DNA of 64,000 nt from Patescibacteria group bacterium UBA1406 (GTDB lineage: Bacteria; Patescibacteriota; Microgenomatia; UBA1406): NCBI GenBank assembly GCA_002305675.1, contig DBQA01000006.1, positions 123,581-187,580 of the forward strand, in the 5' to 3' direction. Numbering within the stretch: the first letter of the stretch is position 1; every line of letters starts with the position of its first letter. The position numbers and the translations under genes are program-made. The notes under the pieces are model-generated. The model searched no databases and was not told the DNA's origin. It saw nothing but the letters and a program-made list of their open reading frames with translations. This document shows positions 42,365 to 50,682 of this stretch, in pieces.

Positions 42365-43144
42365 ATGGACTTCCTTTTTGAATACCCGGTCATCCCCATA
42401 CTGGCCCTATTTGCCATAGGGGGAGTGTTCATCTATCAGGCCAAATCCTATCTTGATGAAAAGAAAAGGAACCAGGCCCCAAGCATCCCGAAGCTAAATA
42501 CCGCCAAGCTGAAAGACAACCCGCAGGAGTTCATGAAGAAGATCGCCCTGAACGAACAGGCCGCAGGCAAACCCAAGAAAGGCAAGGGCATCAAGATATT
42601 CCTGTCTCTAAGCATCATTCTGCTCATCACTGTAAATATGGTCGGCCTGATCTATTTCCTGGGGAACAAGCGGACCACCTATATTCCGAGAGCCAGCACT
42701 TCCCCTACTGCTGTCCCGACCCTTTTTGTCCAGCCGACCGCCGAGCCGACGGATATCATCGACTTCGGTGATTCTTCCCTCTCCCCGACGGTCCCGGCCC
42801 TTTCACCGACACTAAGGCTTCCCTCGCCCACTTTGCCTCAGGCATCGCCCACGCTTCTGGCCTATAACCAGCCGCAACCGTCGAAAACCCCTACCCCGAG
42901 CCCCACCGCCCGGCCGACGGTCACGCCGCTAACCACCCAGGCCGTCCTGCCTACCAATACCCCCACTCCCATTTTCGTGGTGAGCCCGACAAATACGCCG
43001 ACACTTATCCCTTCCCCCACCCAAAAACCCCTGCCGACACCGACCGGAGTTGATAAGGGAATCCCTGAAGCCGGACTCATACAGTTCTCCACCGTCCTCC
43101 TTTTGTTGAGCGTGCTTTTCCTGACTATCGGGTTTGCATTATAG
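42365..43144 (+). CDS. Pro/Thr/Ser-rich membrane protein with C-terminal IPEAG + hydrophobic tail
   Basis: 259 aa; N-terminal TM, second TM, about 130-aa P/T/S-rich low-complexity region, C-terminal ...GIPEAGLIQFSTVLLLLSVLFLTIGFAL; overlaps the topA stop convergently. Confidence 0.5.
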   Translation: MDFLFEYPVIPILALFAIGGVFIYQAKSYLDEKKRNQAPSIPKLNTAKLKDNPQEFMKKIALNEQAAGKPKKGKGIKIFLSLSIILLITVNMVGLIYFLGNKRTTYIPRASTSPTAVPTLFVQPTAEPTDIIDFGDSSLSPTVPALSPTLRLPSPTLPQASPTLLAYNQPQPSKTPTPSPTARPTVTPLTTQAVLPTNTPTPIFVVSPTNTPTLIPSPTQKPLPTPTGVDKGIPEAGLIQFSTVLLLLSVLFLTIGFAL

Positions 43145-45136
43145 CTTGGGCAGCCAAAGCGTAGTGTAGCGGCAATCCGGATACCTGTCACAGGCATAGA
43201 AGCGTTTTTTCTTGCGGGAGAACCTGACCACCAACTCTCCCTGTTTGCATTCGGGGCAGGCAGTCCCCGTCTTTTCCAGGAAGCTCTTGGTATACCGGCA
43301 TTTGGGGAAATTGGAGCAGGCGTAGAACCTGCCAAACCTGGACATCTTGATGACGAGCATCGCCCCACATTCCGGGCAGGCTTCCGTCGTTTTTTCCTCC
43401 ACTTTTATTTTATCCGTATCCTTGTAAGCGACCTCCAGTTCCTGGCTGAGGGGAGAATAAAATCTCCCGACCAAATCCCGCCATTTTATCTTACCCAGAG
43501 CAACATTATCGAGTTCGTCCTCCATTTTGGCGGTAAAGGAGATGTCGAAAACGTTGACGAATTTTTTAACCAATAGGTCCGACACGCTCATGCCAAGTTC
43601 CGAGGGGACCAACTCCCGGCCCTGCTTTTCCACGTAGTGCCTTTCCTGGATGAGTGAGATGATAGGGGCATAGGTGGACGGACGGCCTATCCCCCGGGCC
43701 TCAAGCGTCTTCACCAAAGTCGCCTCCGAATAGCGGGGTGGCGGCTGGGTGGCCTTTTCTTCCAATTCTATGTCCAGCAACTTGATGGGCTGGCCTTTGG
43801 CCAGGCCGGTGATTAGCTCCTTTTCCTTCTTTTCCTTCATGCTCAGGATCAGGAACCCGGGAAACATTATCTGCTCCCGTTCGGTCCTGAACACATCGTC
43901 GGACCCGGAAACGATCAGAATCTTCTGTCTGAGGATAACGGCCTCTTTCATCTGAGTGGACAGGCTGCGGTTGTATATCAGGAAATAAAGCTTGCGCTGT
44001 TCCCCTCTTAATCCCGCTAACTTTTGGCTATCGGGATGGTTTTGGACATTGGTCGGGCGGATGGCCTCATGCGCCTCTTGGGCCAGTTTAGACTTCTGCT
44101 TGTAGCGCCTGATCTTTTCGGATAAGTAGCCCTGTCCATACTTTTTCGCTATATAGGCCCTGGCCTCATTGATGAATTTTTCGGAGATATTGAAGGAATC
44201 TGTCCGGTGGTAGGTTATCAACCCCTCCTCATACAGGGATTGGGCTATGCGCATGGCCCTTTTCGCCGTAAAACCGAAGGCCGAACCGGCATTCTGCTGC
44301 AGGGTTGAGGTGATGAAAGGCGGCGGAGGGGTGCGGCTGCTTCTGTTCTCCGATACCTCGGCTATGGCGTATTTCTCCGTTGTCAACCTGCCCGTCTCCT
44401 CCTTTGCGCTCTTTTCATCCTTCAGCAGACTGGACTGGTATTCGTATTTGCCGTCAAAAAGCTCCAGTTTGTCCGTCCGGTAGAACTCCTTTCCTAAAAG
44501 TTTCACGAGTTTCGCTTCCAGCGGGCCGCCGTGATCGAAAAAACCCTTGACGGAAAAGTATGCCTCCGTTTTGAATTTGTTCCTTTCTTTTTCCCGCTCC
44601 ACAATAATCCTCAGGGCGACCGTCTGCACCCTGCCGGCAGAGAGCCAGCTCTTGGAGAACTTCTTCCAAAGGTAAGGGGAGATCTTATAGCCGACTATCC
44701 TGTCCAGCACCCTTCGTGCCTGCTGGGCGTCGAAAAGCTCCTGGTTCAGCGGCCGGGATTTTCCCAGCGCTTCCCTGAGAGCGCTTTCGGTAATCTCGTG
44801 AAAAACGATACGGTCATAGGCCAGCTTCTTCTTTATCTTGGAACGCAAAATATCGCCGATGTGATAGGCGATCGCCTCTCCCTCGCGGTCCGGGTCTGTG
44901 GCCAGTATCACCTTCTCTGCCTTCCTGGCTTCCCTGACCAGGGGATCCACTACCTTTTTCTTCCCAGGGATTATTTCGTAATCAGGCTCAAAGTTATCCT
45001 CCAGGTCTATCCCGAGCTTCTTCTTGGGCAGGTCCCGAATATGGCCCATGCTGGAAATGATGCTGAAATCCTTCTTGTCCAAGAACTTCCCGAACGTCTT
45101 AGCTTTGGTCGGGGACTCCACTATGATAAGCTGCAT
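43139..45136 (-). CDS. topA: DNA topoisomerase I
   Basis: 665 aa; TOPRIM N-terminus (LIIVESPTKAKTF...GHIRDLP), catalytic Tyr domain, C-terminal Cys4 zinc ribbons (CPECG...C). Confidence 0.97.
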   Translation of the reverse strand: MQLIIVESPTKAKTFGKFLDKKDFSIISSMGHIRDLPKKKLGIDLEDNFEPDYEIIPGKKKVVDPLVREARKAEKVILATDPDREGEAIAYHIGDILRSKIKKKLAYDRIVFHEITESALREALGKSRPLNQELFDAQQARRVLDRIVGYKISPYLWKKFSKSWLSAGRVQTVALRIIVEREKERNKFKTEAYFSVKGFFDHGGPLEAKLVKLLGKEFYRTDKLELFDGKYEYQSSLLKDEKSAKEETGRLTTEKYAIAEVSENRSSRTPPPPFITSTLQQNAGSAFGFTAKRAMRIAQSLYEEGLITYHRTDSFNISEKFINEARAYIAKKYGQGYLSEKIRRYKQKSKLAQEAHEAIRPTNVQNHPDSQKLAGLRGEQRKLYFLIYNRSLSTQMKEAVILRQKILIVSGSDDVFRTEREQIMFPGFLILSMKEKKEKELITGLAKGQPIKLLDIELEEKATQPPPRYSEATLVKTLEARGIGRPSTYAPIISLIQERHYVEKQGRELVPSELGMSVSDLLVKKFVNVFDISFTAKMEDELDNVALGKIKWRDLVGRFYSPLSQELEVAYKDTDKIKVEEKTTEACPECGAMLVIKMSRFGRFYACSNFPKCRYTKSFLEKTGTACPECKQGELVVRFSRKKKRFYACDRYPDCRYTTLWLPKL

Positions 45137-45178
45137 AATCCTTGTATTTTAACAAAAAAAGATATATCATTTATAAGT

Positions 45179-45817
45179 ATGAATAATCCTGACAAGAACG
45201 AGTCAGCCTGGGTGACTGAACCCGGTGAAGAGCAGAACCCCCAGAAAAAAAGCCTTTTTTTCAAGGGAGTGGAACTTGTTTTCGACTTCCTGCAGAGCAT
45301 TGCCCTCGGGGGGGCTTTCTTCATCGTCATCTACCTGTTCGTTGTCCAGCCCCACCAGGTCAAGGGTAATTCCATGTACCCGACTTACAAGGACAAGGAG
45401 TACATACTGACCGACAAGATCTCTTACAAATTCCGCTCTCCTGAAAGAGGGGAGATCATCATCCTCAAGTCCCCGAAGAACCCCGACATTGACTTTATCA
45501 AGCGGATTATCGGCCTGCCCGGAGACAAGATAAAGATAGCGGACGGTCACGTATACGTGAATGACGGCGAACTATCCGAAACATATGTCGGCGCGGGCAT
45601 TGATACCCCCGTATTCCCCGGCGGCTTCATCCAGGAAAACGTGGAAGTGATCATTCCTCCGGAACATTTTTTCGTGATGGGGGATAACCGCCCCGGCTCA
45701 TCGGATTCGCGGGAATTCGGTTTTGTGCCTTTTGCCAATATTATCGGCCGGGTGGTTTTCCGGTATTACCCTTTTTCAGAGGCAGGGATAGTGGTCACTC
45801 CGGAGTATAATCTTTAA
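45179..45817 (+). CDS. lepB: signal peptidase I
   Basis: ATG at 45179 inside the longer ORF 44531..45817, whose upstream part is antisense to topA; N-terminal TM; catalytic Ser box VKGNSMYPT; Lys box KRIIGLPGD; GDNRPGSSDSR. Confidence 0.85.
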   Translation: MNNPDKNESAWVTEPGEEQNPQKKSLFFKGVELVFDFLQSIALGGAFFIVIYLFVVQPHQVKGNSMYPTYKDKEYILTDKISYKFRSPERGEIIILKSPKNPDIDFIKRIIGLPGDKIKIADGHVYVNDGELSETYVGAGIDTPVFPGGFIQENVEVIIPPEHFFVMGDNRPGSSDSREFGFVPFANIIGRVVFRYYPFSEAGIVVTPEYNL

Positions 45818-46356
45818 TCCAAAAGCCGGTCCGCCATTTTCTTCAGTTGTCTGAACCCCACCACACCCAATGGGAAGGCCAGGGTAAAGAAAATATGACG
45901 CCTTTTTCTTTGGACCTTGACGCTGATGTTGTATTTACCGGCAATGCCCGTGGCCATACCCCTGATATTCTCGGCGACCCGGCCATATTCCCTCTTATAT
46001 TTCCTGGCCTTGCCCACCTCCCTTTCCGTCTCCCTGACCGAGTAGTTGTGCCTGACCACGTCCTCGAATATCCTCAACGCCTCCTGTTGTTCCTCCATAA
46101 AAGACAAAGCCCGGCAATGCCCCTCCGTAATCATCCCTGACAGAAGGGCATCCTTGATCACTTCGGGTAGTGTCAAAAGCCTAAGGTAGTTTGAGATATA
46201 GCTGGGACTCTTATTGATGAGGCGGGCCAGTTCTTTCTTGGATACCTTTTCCTCACGGATGAGTTTTTGCAGTAGGTAGGCACGGCGCAGGGGGTTCGTG
46301 GTTGCGTCCTGGATAAGCTTGAGGGCGTGATTGAAGCTCTCCCTTGTTTCAGACAA
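45814..46356 (-). CDS. ParB/Spo0J-like HTH domain protein (short; start uncertain, probably TTG at 46356)
   Basis: HTH region [47 protein letters not shown] resembles the ParB central domain. The ATG ORF (to 46512) would overlap rpmA by about 160 nt in another frame, so the start is shortened to just after the rpmA stop. Confidence 0.45.
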   Translation of the reverse strand: MSETRESFNHALKLIQDATTNPLRRAYLLQKLIREEKVSKKELARLINKSPSYISNYLRLLTLPEVIKDALLSGMITEGHCRALSFMEEQQEALRIFEDVVRHNYSVRETEREVGKARKYKREYGRVAENIRGMATGIAGKYNISVKVQRKRRHIFFTLAFPLGVVGFRQLKKMADRLLD

Positions 46357-46594
46357 TTCTGATATGTTTTTTACCGAACTTAGTATAAAACTCCACTTTT
46401 CCCTTCCTGATAGCGTAGAGCGTGTGGTCCTTTCCCATTTTGACCCCATCTCCGGCGGAAAACTTGGTGCCGCGCTGGCGGACCAGGATGGACCCGATGT
46501 CCACCACTTCACTGCCGAACCGTTTCACACCCAGCCTCTTCGAGATAGAGTCTTTATTGATTCGGGCCGATCCTTTTGCTTTTGTATGTGCCAT
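46349..46594 (-). CDS. rpmA: 50S ribosomal protein L27
   Basis: 81 aa; [16 protein letters not shown]...GVKRFGSE...VRQRGTKF typical of L27. Confidence 0.95.
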   Translation of the reverse strand: MAHTKAKGSARINKDSISKRLGVKRFGSEVVDIGSILVRQRGTKFSAGDGVKMGKDHTLYAIRKGKVEFYTKFGKKHIRIV

Positions 46595-46605
46595 TTTTCT
46601 TCCTT

Positions 46606-46926
46606 TTAAACTTTGATACTGGTAATCTTAACTGCGGTCAGTTCGGGCCTGAACCCTCTGACCTTGCGGTAGCGGGACTTGGCTTTGAACCTGGCCACCC
46701 TCACCTTTTCTCCCTTGTCCTGCTTGACAACCTCGCCCATAACCTTGGCGCTTGACAGGTAGGGCTTTCCGATATGCATCTCGTTCGCCTCGTCCACATA
46801 AAGAAGGACTTTATCAAACTCTACCTTATTTTTTTCTGAAGCACCAAGCTTGTCGACTACCAGCGTGTCGCCTACTTTAGCTATATACTGCTTCCCCCCG
46901 GTTAAGATGACTGCAAAACTGTTCAT
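46606..46926 (-). CDS. rplU: 50S ribosomal protein L21
   Basis: Start placed at the internal ATG (46926) giving [27 protein letters not shown], the canonical L21 N-terminus; the 10-codon upstream extension is unsupported. Confidence 0.9.
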   Translation of the reverse strand: MNSFAVILTGGKQYIAKVGDTLVVDKLGASEKNKVEFDKVLLYVDEANEMHIGKPYLSSAKVMGEVVKQDKGEKVRVARFKAKSRYRKVRGFRPELTAVKITSIKV

Positions 46927-46970
46927 AGAAATCAATTTTATACTACAAAGCGCCAAAATTCAAAGGTTTT

Positions 46971-47000
46971 TTGACACCGTCCGCCCAATTGGGGTATAAT
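46971..47000 (+). promoter_or_regulatory. near-consensus sigma70 promoter (TTGACA 46971..46976, 18-nt spacer, TATAAT 46995..47000)
   Basis: Read directly: TTGACAccgtccgcccaattggggTATAAT, 11 nt upstream of the ATG at 47012. Confidence 0.55.
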
Positions 47001-47011
47001 TACAATCACCT

Positions 47012-48259
47012 ATGAACCTGACGGTTATCATTCTCGCTGGAGGCCAAAGCAGGCGGTTCTGGCCTTTGGAGGAAAAAAATCTTTTCGATTTCTTCGGCAT
47101 CCCGCTGATCATCTACCAGTTGAAGCGGTATTCTTTTTTTCTGAAGCAGAAATCCATCCGGCCTTCGTTCATCGTGGTGGCAAACGAGAGCAACTACGGT
47201 ACCATCAAGAACAAGCTTAAGGACTTTCCCGTCAAGGAGCACAGTCTGGTCATGCAGAAGCTGCCCGACCAGTCCGGAGCCATTCTTTCGGCCCTTGAGG
47301 AAGCCGACCTGACAGGACCCCTTCTGGTCGTCAATGGCAACGATATCATCACGGAAAAGGTCTTGTATGACCTCCTGAAGAAGACGGAGGGAAACGACAT
47401 AGTCCTGTCCGCCGCCAAGGTCGAGTCCTACATCCCCGGCGGTTACCTTGTCCTTGGCCAAAGCAAAGATAAGGTGGAAAGGATCTGGGAAAAACCTCCG
47501 GCCGAAGAAGTACCCCGACATATCGACCTGTTCCGGTTCGTGCTGGACTATTTCAAGGACGCAGAGGGGCTGAAAACGGCCCTGACCCGAAATCCCGATG
47601 AGGTGGTCGGCTATGAGGACGCCATCAACTCCATGCTCAAGGACAATCGTGCGGGCTATGTACTTAACTTCGATAAGTTCGCCAGCCTTAAGTATCCCTG
47701 GCATATCCTGGAGGCTATGGAGATCTTCCTGAACAACATCAAGGACAGCGTGGTCAAGACCGAGGACATCGACCCGAGCGCCCGGATCGTGGGTAAAGTA
47801 TATATAGAGGAGGGCGTCAAAATAGGCAGCTTTGCCAAGATCTCGGGCCCGTGCTATATCGGGCGAAACACCGTCATCGGCGACCATGTGCTTGTCAGGG
47901 ATTCGCATATAGCCTCCGATTGCATCGTGGGCGCCCACTCGGAAGTGGCCAGAAGCTACCTCGGCCACAAGGTCCTCCTGCACCGCAACTACGTCGGAGA
48001 CAGTGTCCTGGACAGGGAATGCAGCCTGGGAGCCAATACGGTCACGGCCAACTGGCGCTTTGACCAGGAGCCGGTCAAATCCATGGTCGGGCAAACACCC
48101 ACTGACACGAAAAGGACAAAGCTCGGCGCCATCATCGGCAGGCAGGCCAGGATCGGTGTAGGCGTCAATATCATGCCCGGGGTCAAAATTGAGAAAAAGA
48201 GCCTGGTCATGCCGGGAACCACCGTTTACAAGGACTTAACCAACCATGACAGGAAATAA
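47012..48259 (+). CDS. sugar-1-phosphate nucleotidyltransferase with C-terminal left-handed beta-helix (GlmU/GMPP-like)
   Basis: 415 aa; N-terminal IILAGGQSRRFWPL (NTP-transferase); C-terminal hexapeptide repeats (VIGDHVLVRDSHIASDCIVGAHSEVARSYLGHKVLL). Confidence 0.75.
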   Translation: MNLTVIILAGGQSRRFWPLEEKNLFDFFGIPLIIYQLKRYSFFLKQKSIRPSFIVVANESNYGTIKNKLKDFPVKEHSLVMQKLPDQSGAILSALEEADLTGPLLVVNGNDIITEKVLYDLLKKTEGNDIVLSAAKVESYIPGGYLVLGQSKDKVERIWEKPPAEEVPRHIDLFRFVLDYFKDAEGLKTALTRNPDEVVGYEDAINSMLKDNRAGYVLNFDKFASLKYPWHILEAMEIFLNNIKDSVVKTEDIDPSARIVGKVYIEEGVKIGSFAKISGPCYIGRNTVIGDHVLVRDSHIASDCIVGAHSEVARSYLGHKVLLHRNYVGDSVLDRECSLGANTVTANWRFDQEPVKSMVGQTPTDTKRTKLGAIIGRQARIGVGVNIMPGVKIEKKSLVMPGTTVYKDLTNHDRK

Positions 48260-49241
48260 AACTATCAAGACCGTGGTCATCGGCGGGGGAACGGGCACTT
48301 TTGTCGTCCTTTCCGGCCTGAAGAAATATCCCCTCGCCCTAACCGCCATCGTCACTATGATGGACTCGGGCGGCAGTACTGGCAGGTTGCGGGACCAGTA
48401 CGGCGTCCTGCCTCCTGGCGACGTCCGGCAGGCACTGGTCGCTCTTTCCGGCTCCGACAAGATCTGGCGGGAACTTTTCCTGTACCGGTTTGAGAATGGG
48501 GATTTTGAGGGCCATAATTTCGGCAATATCTTCCTCTCTGCCCTGGAGAAGACAACCGGGAATTTCGAGGAGGCCATTGAGTTGGCGGAAAAGATTCTCC
48601 AGACTAAAGGCAAGGTCGTGCCCGTCACTCTCAAAAAAACCAATATCGTGGCCCGCCTAGAGGACAACACCCTCCTAAAGACAGAAGCTTTGATAGACAA
48701 GCAGGAAAAGCGCTCCCGGATCACAGACCTATACTTAGAGAAAAATGTCCCCGTCAACCGGCAGGCCACGAAAGCCATCCAGCAGGCAGATATCATTGTC
48801 ATCGGTCCAGGAGACCTTTACACCAGTATCCTGCCCAACTTTATGTTCAACTCGATTGTTCAGGCATACAAAAAGAGCCGGGCAAAGAAAGTATTTATTT
48901 TAAATCTGATGAATAAACTTGGTCAAACGGATGACTTCAGAGCTTCCCAATATATTAACATATACAAGAGCTTTTTAGGCGACCGGCCATTCGACCATAT
49001 TTTGGTAAACACGACCAAGATACCGGAACGAGTAATGGAAAAATACCAACAGTCTGGTGAGAACGAAGTTGTGGACGACCTGGACGGTCAAGCGAACGGT
49101 TTCTCGGTCCACCGGGGAGATTTCCTGGGACAGAGTCTGTTCGCCAAACCCGCCGGAGATAAACTACAGCGCAGCCTGATCCGCCATGACGACGCCAAAC
49201 TGGCAGATTACATCTGGCATAAAATCGTTTTGCATAAATAG
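48246..49241 (+). CDS. yvcK: YvcK/CofD-family gluconeogenesis factor
   Basis: 331 aa; VVIGGGTGTFVVLSGLK...TAIVTMMDSGGSTGRLR signature of UPF0052/YvcK. Confidence 0.85.
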   Translation: MTGNKTIKTVVIGGGTGTFVVLSGLKKYPLALTAIVTMMDSGGSTGRLRDQYGVLPPGDVRQALVALSGSDKIWRELFLYRFENGDFEGHNFGNIFLSALEKTTGNFEEAIELAEKILQTKGKVVPVTLKKTNIVARLEDNTLLKTEALIDKQEKRSRITDLYLEKNVPVNRQATKAIQQADIIVIGPGDLYTSILPNFMFNSIVQAYKKSRAKKVFILNLMNKLGQTDDFRASQYINIYKSFLGDRPFDHILVNTTKIPERVMEKYQQSGENEVVDDLDGQANGFSVHRGDFLGQSLFAKPAGDKLQRSLIRHDDAKLADYIWHKIVLHK

Positions 49242-49263
49242 GAATTAATAATAAAATCACAAT

Positions 49264-49635
49264 ATGGGCGAATTCATTAAACCGACTACCGTCAAAGAAG
49301 GATTCCGGAATGCCTACGCCGGTTTCCACTGGGCATTCAAGAACCAGCTCAACCTGAAGATCCACCTCACTAGCGTAACGCTGGTTCTAATTGCCTCGGT
49401 CCTGTTCAGGATCTCTTATGCCGAGTGGCTAGTAGTGCTGACCGCCATCTTCGGCGTCCTGACATTGGAACTGGTTAACACTAGTATTGAGCAGACCACG
49501 GACGCCATCACCCGGGAGTACAACCCCATCATCAAAAGGGCAAAGGATATTTCCGCGGCCGCCGTCCTCATGTATGCCGTCTTTGCTCTGATTATTGGTA
49601 TACTTATCTTTGTCCCGAAAATAAACATATTTTAA
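49264..49635 (+). CDS. dgkA: diacylglycerol/undecaprenol kinase (DgkA family)
   Basis: 123 aa, 3 TM; FRNAYAGFHWAFKNQLNLKIH...TLELVNTSIEQTTD conserved DgkA motifs. Confidence 0.85.
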   Translation: MGEFIKPTTVKEGFRNAYAGFHWAFKNQLNLKIHLTSVTLVLIASVLFRISYAEWLVVLTAIFGVLTLELVNTSIEQTTDAITREYNPIIKRAKDISAAAVLMYAVFALIIGILIFVPKINIF

Positions 49636-49641
49636 GGCTTT

Positions 49642-50682
49642 ATGGCTAGTCTATACCTTGGTATTTTGTTGTTCTCTTTCGTGTTCAACTCTTTTCTGAT
49701 GGTCCCTTTCATCAACCTGCTGTACAGGATCAGGTTCCAGCGGCAAAAACAGATCACCAAGGACCCTTTCGACAAGCTGACACCCATCTTCGATTTCTTT
49801 CACAAGCAAAAGGCGGGCGTCCCGGTGGGAGGAGGGCTTCTTCTCGTGTCCACTACCCTTTTCCTGTTCGTCTTCTTCCTTTCCCTCCTCTACTTTTTCC
49901 GCGTTCCCATCATCTCCCTCTTCAAGAACGTCCGGAGTGAGGCGGTCATTATCTTCTTCACCCTGTTCTCGTTCGCTTTTCTCGGGCTTTACGATGACAT
50001 CCAGAAGATATTCAATTTCAAGAAGAGCAATTTCTTCGGGCTTAGGCTCAGGCATAAACTCATAATCGAGATAGTTCTCGCCCTACTGATCGGCTACTGG
50101 TTGTACCGATGGCTGGGCATCGACTTCATCCATATTCCGTTCTTCGGCATCTGGCATCTCGGCTGGATCTATATCCTGTTTGCCGCCTTTGTCATCATCG
50201 CCTTTGCCAACGCCTACAACATCACCGACGGCCTGGACGGCCTTTCGGCCGGCGTCCTTCTCATAAACCTTCTGGTGTTCTGGGCCATCTCGTCATCCCT
50301 CCTGGACACCGTGCTGTCCATATTCCTGGCCCTCTGGATAGGCGGACTGATCACTTTCCTATACTTCAACGTCAATCCGGCGAGAATAATTTTGGGCGAT
50401 ACCGGTGCTTTGGCATTCGGAGCGACCTTCGCCATCATCGGACTCCTTTTGGGAAAGGCGTTCCTGTTGCCCATCATCGGGATGGTGTTCGTAGCCGAGA
50501 TTACTTCCTCCCTCCTGCAGCTCGTCTCCAAAAAATACTTCAAGCGCAAATTCTTCCCCGTCGCCCCCCTACACCTGTATTTACAACTTAGGGGCTGGTC
50601 TGAGCCGAAGATAGTTTTCCGGCTTTGGCTCAGCGCTTTGATCGCCTCACTATTCGGCCTATGGATTGCTTTCCTAAAATAA
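49642..50682 (+). CDS. mraY: phospho-N-acetylmuramoyl-pentapeptide transferase
   Basis: 346 aa polytopic; NAYNITDGLDGLSAG and GDTGALAFGATFA motifs. Confidence 0.95.
   Translation: MASLYLGILLFSFVFNSFLMVPFINLLYRIRFQRQKQITKDPFDKLTPIFDFFHKQKAGVPVGGGLLLVSTTLFLFVFFLSLLYFFRVPIISLFKNVRSEAVIIFFTLFSFAFLGLYDDIQKIFNFKKSNFFGLRLRHKLIIEIVLALLIGYWLYRWLGIDFIHIPFFGIWHLGWIYILFAAFVIIAFANAYNITDGLDGLSAGVLLINLLVFWAISSSLLDTVLSIFLALWIGGLITFLYFNVNPARIILGDTGALAFGATFAIIGLLLGKAFLLPIIGMVFVAEITSSLLQLVSKKYFKRKFFPVAPLHLYLQLRGWSEPKIVFRLWLSALIASLFGLWIAFLK

Noticed and set aside
42700-43060. Short tandem-like DNA repeats (ccgac/ccc(a/g)cc units), considered as possible CRISPR or microsatellite
   Set aside because: They are irregular and in-frame. 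They encode the Pro/Thr/Ser low-complexity linker of gene 42365..43144, with no spacer/repeat periodicity. The same holds for 62640..62900.
44531-45178. N-terminal 216 codons of ORF 44531..45817
   Set aside because: This part is antisense to topA. The signal peptidase I homology begins at the internal ATG 45179 (MNNPDKNES… then the TM helix), so lepB is called from 45179.
46927-46956. 10-codon N-terminal extension of rplU (MALCSIKLIS)
   Set aside because: The canonical L21 N-terminus (M-x-x-AVI-x-TGGKQY) begins at the internal ATG 46926.
47006-48094. 362-aa minus-strand ORF
   Set aside because: It is antisense to the nucleotidyltransferase/LbH gene, which has unmistakable motifs (ILAGGQSRRFWP, hexapeptide repeats). 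A mirror ORF typical of GC-rich coding DNA.
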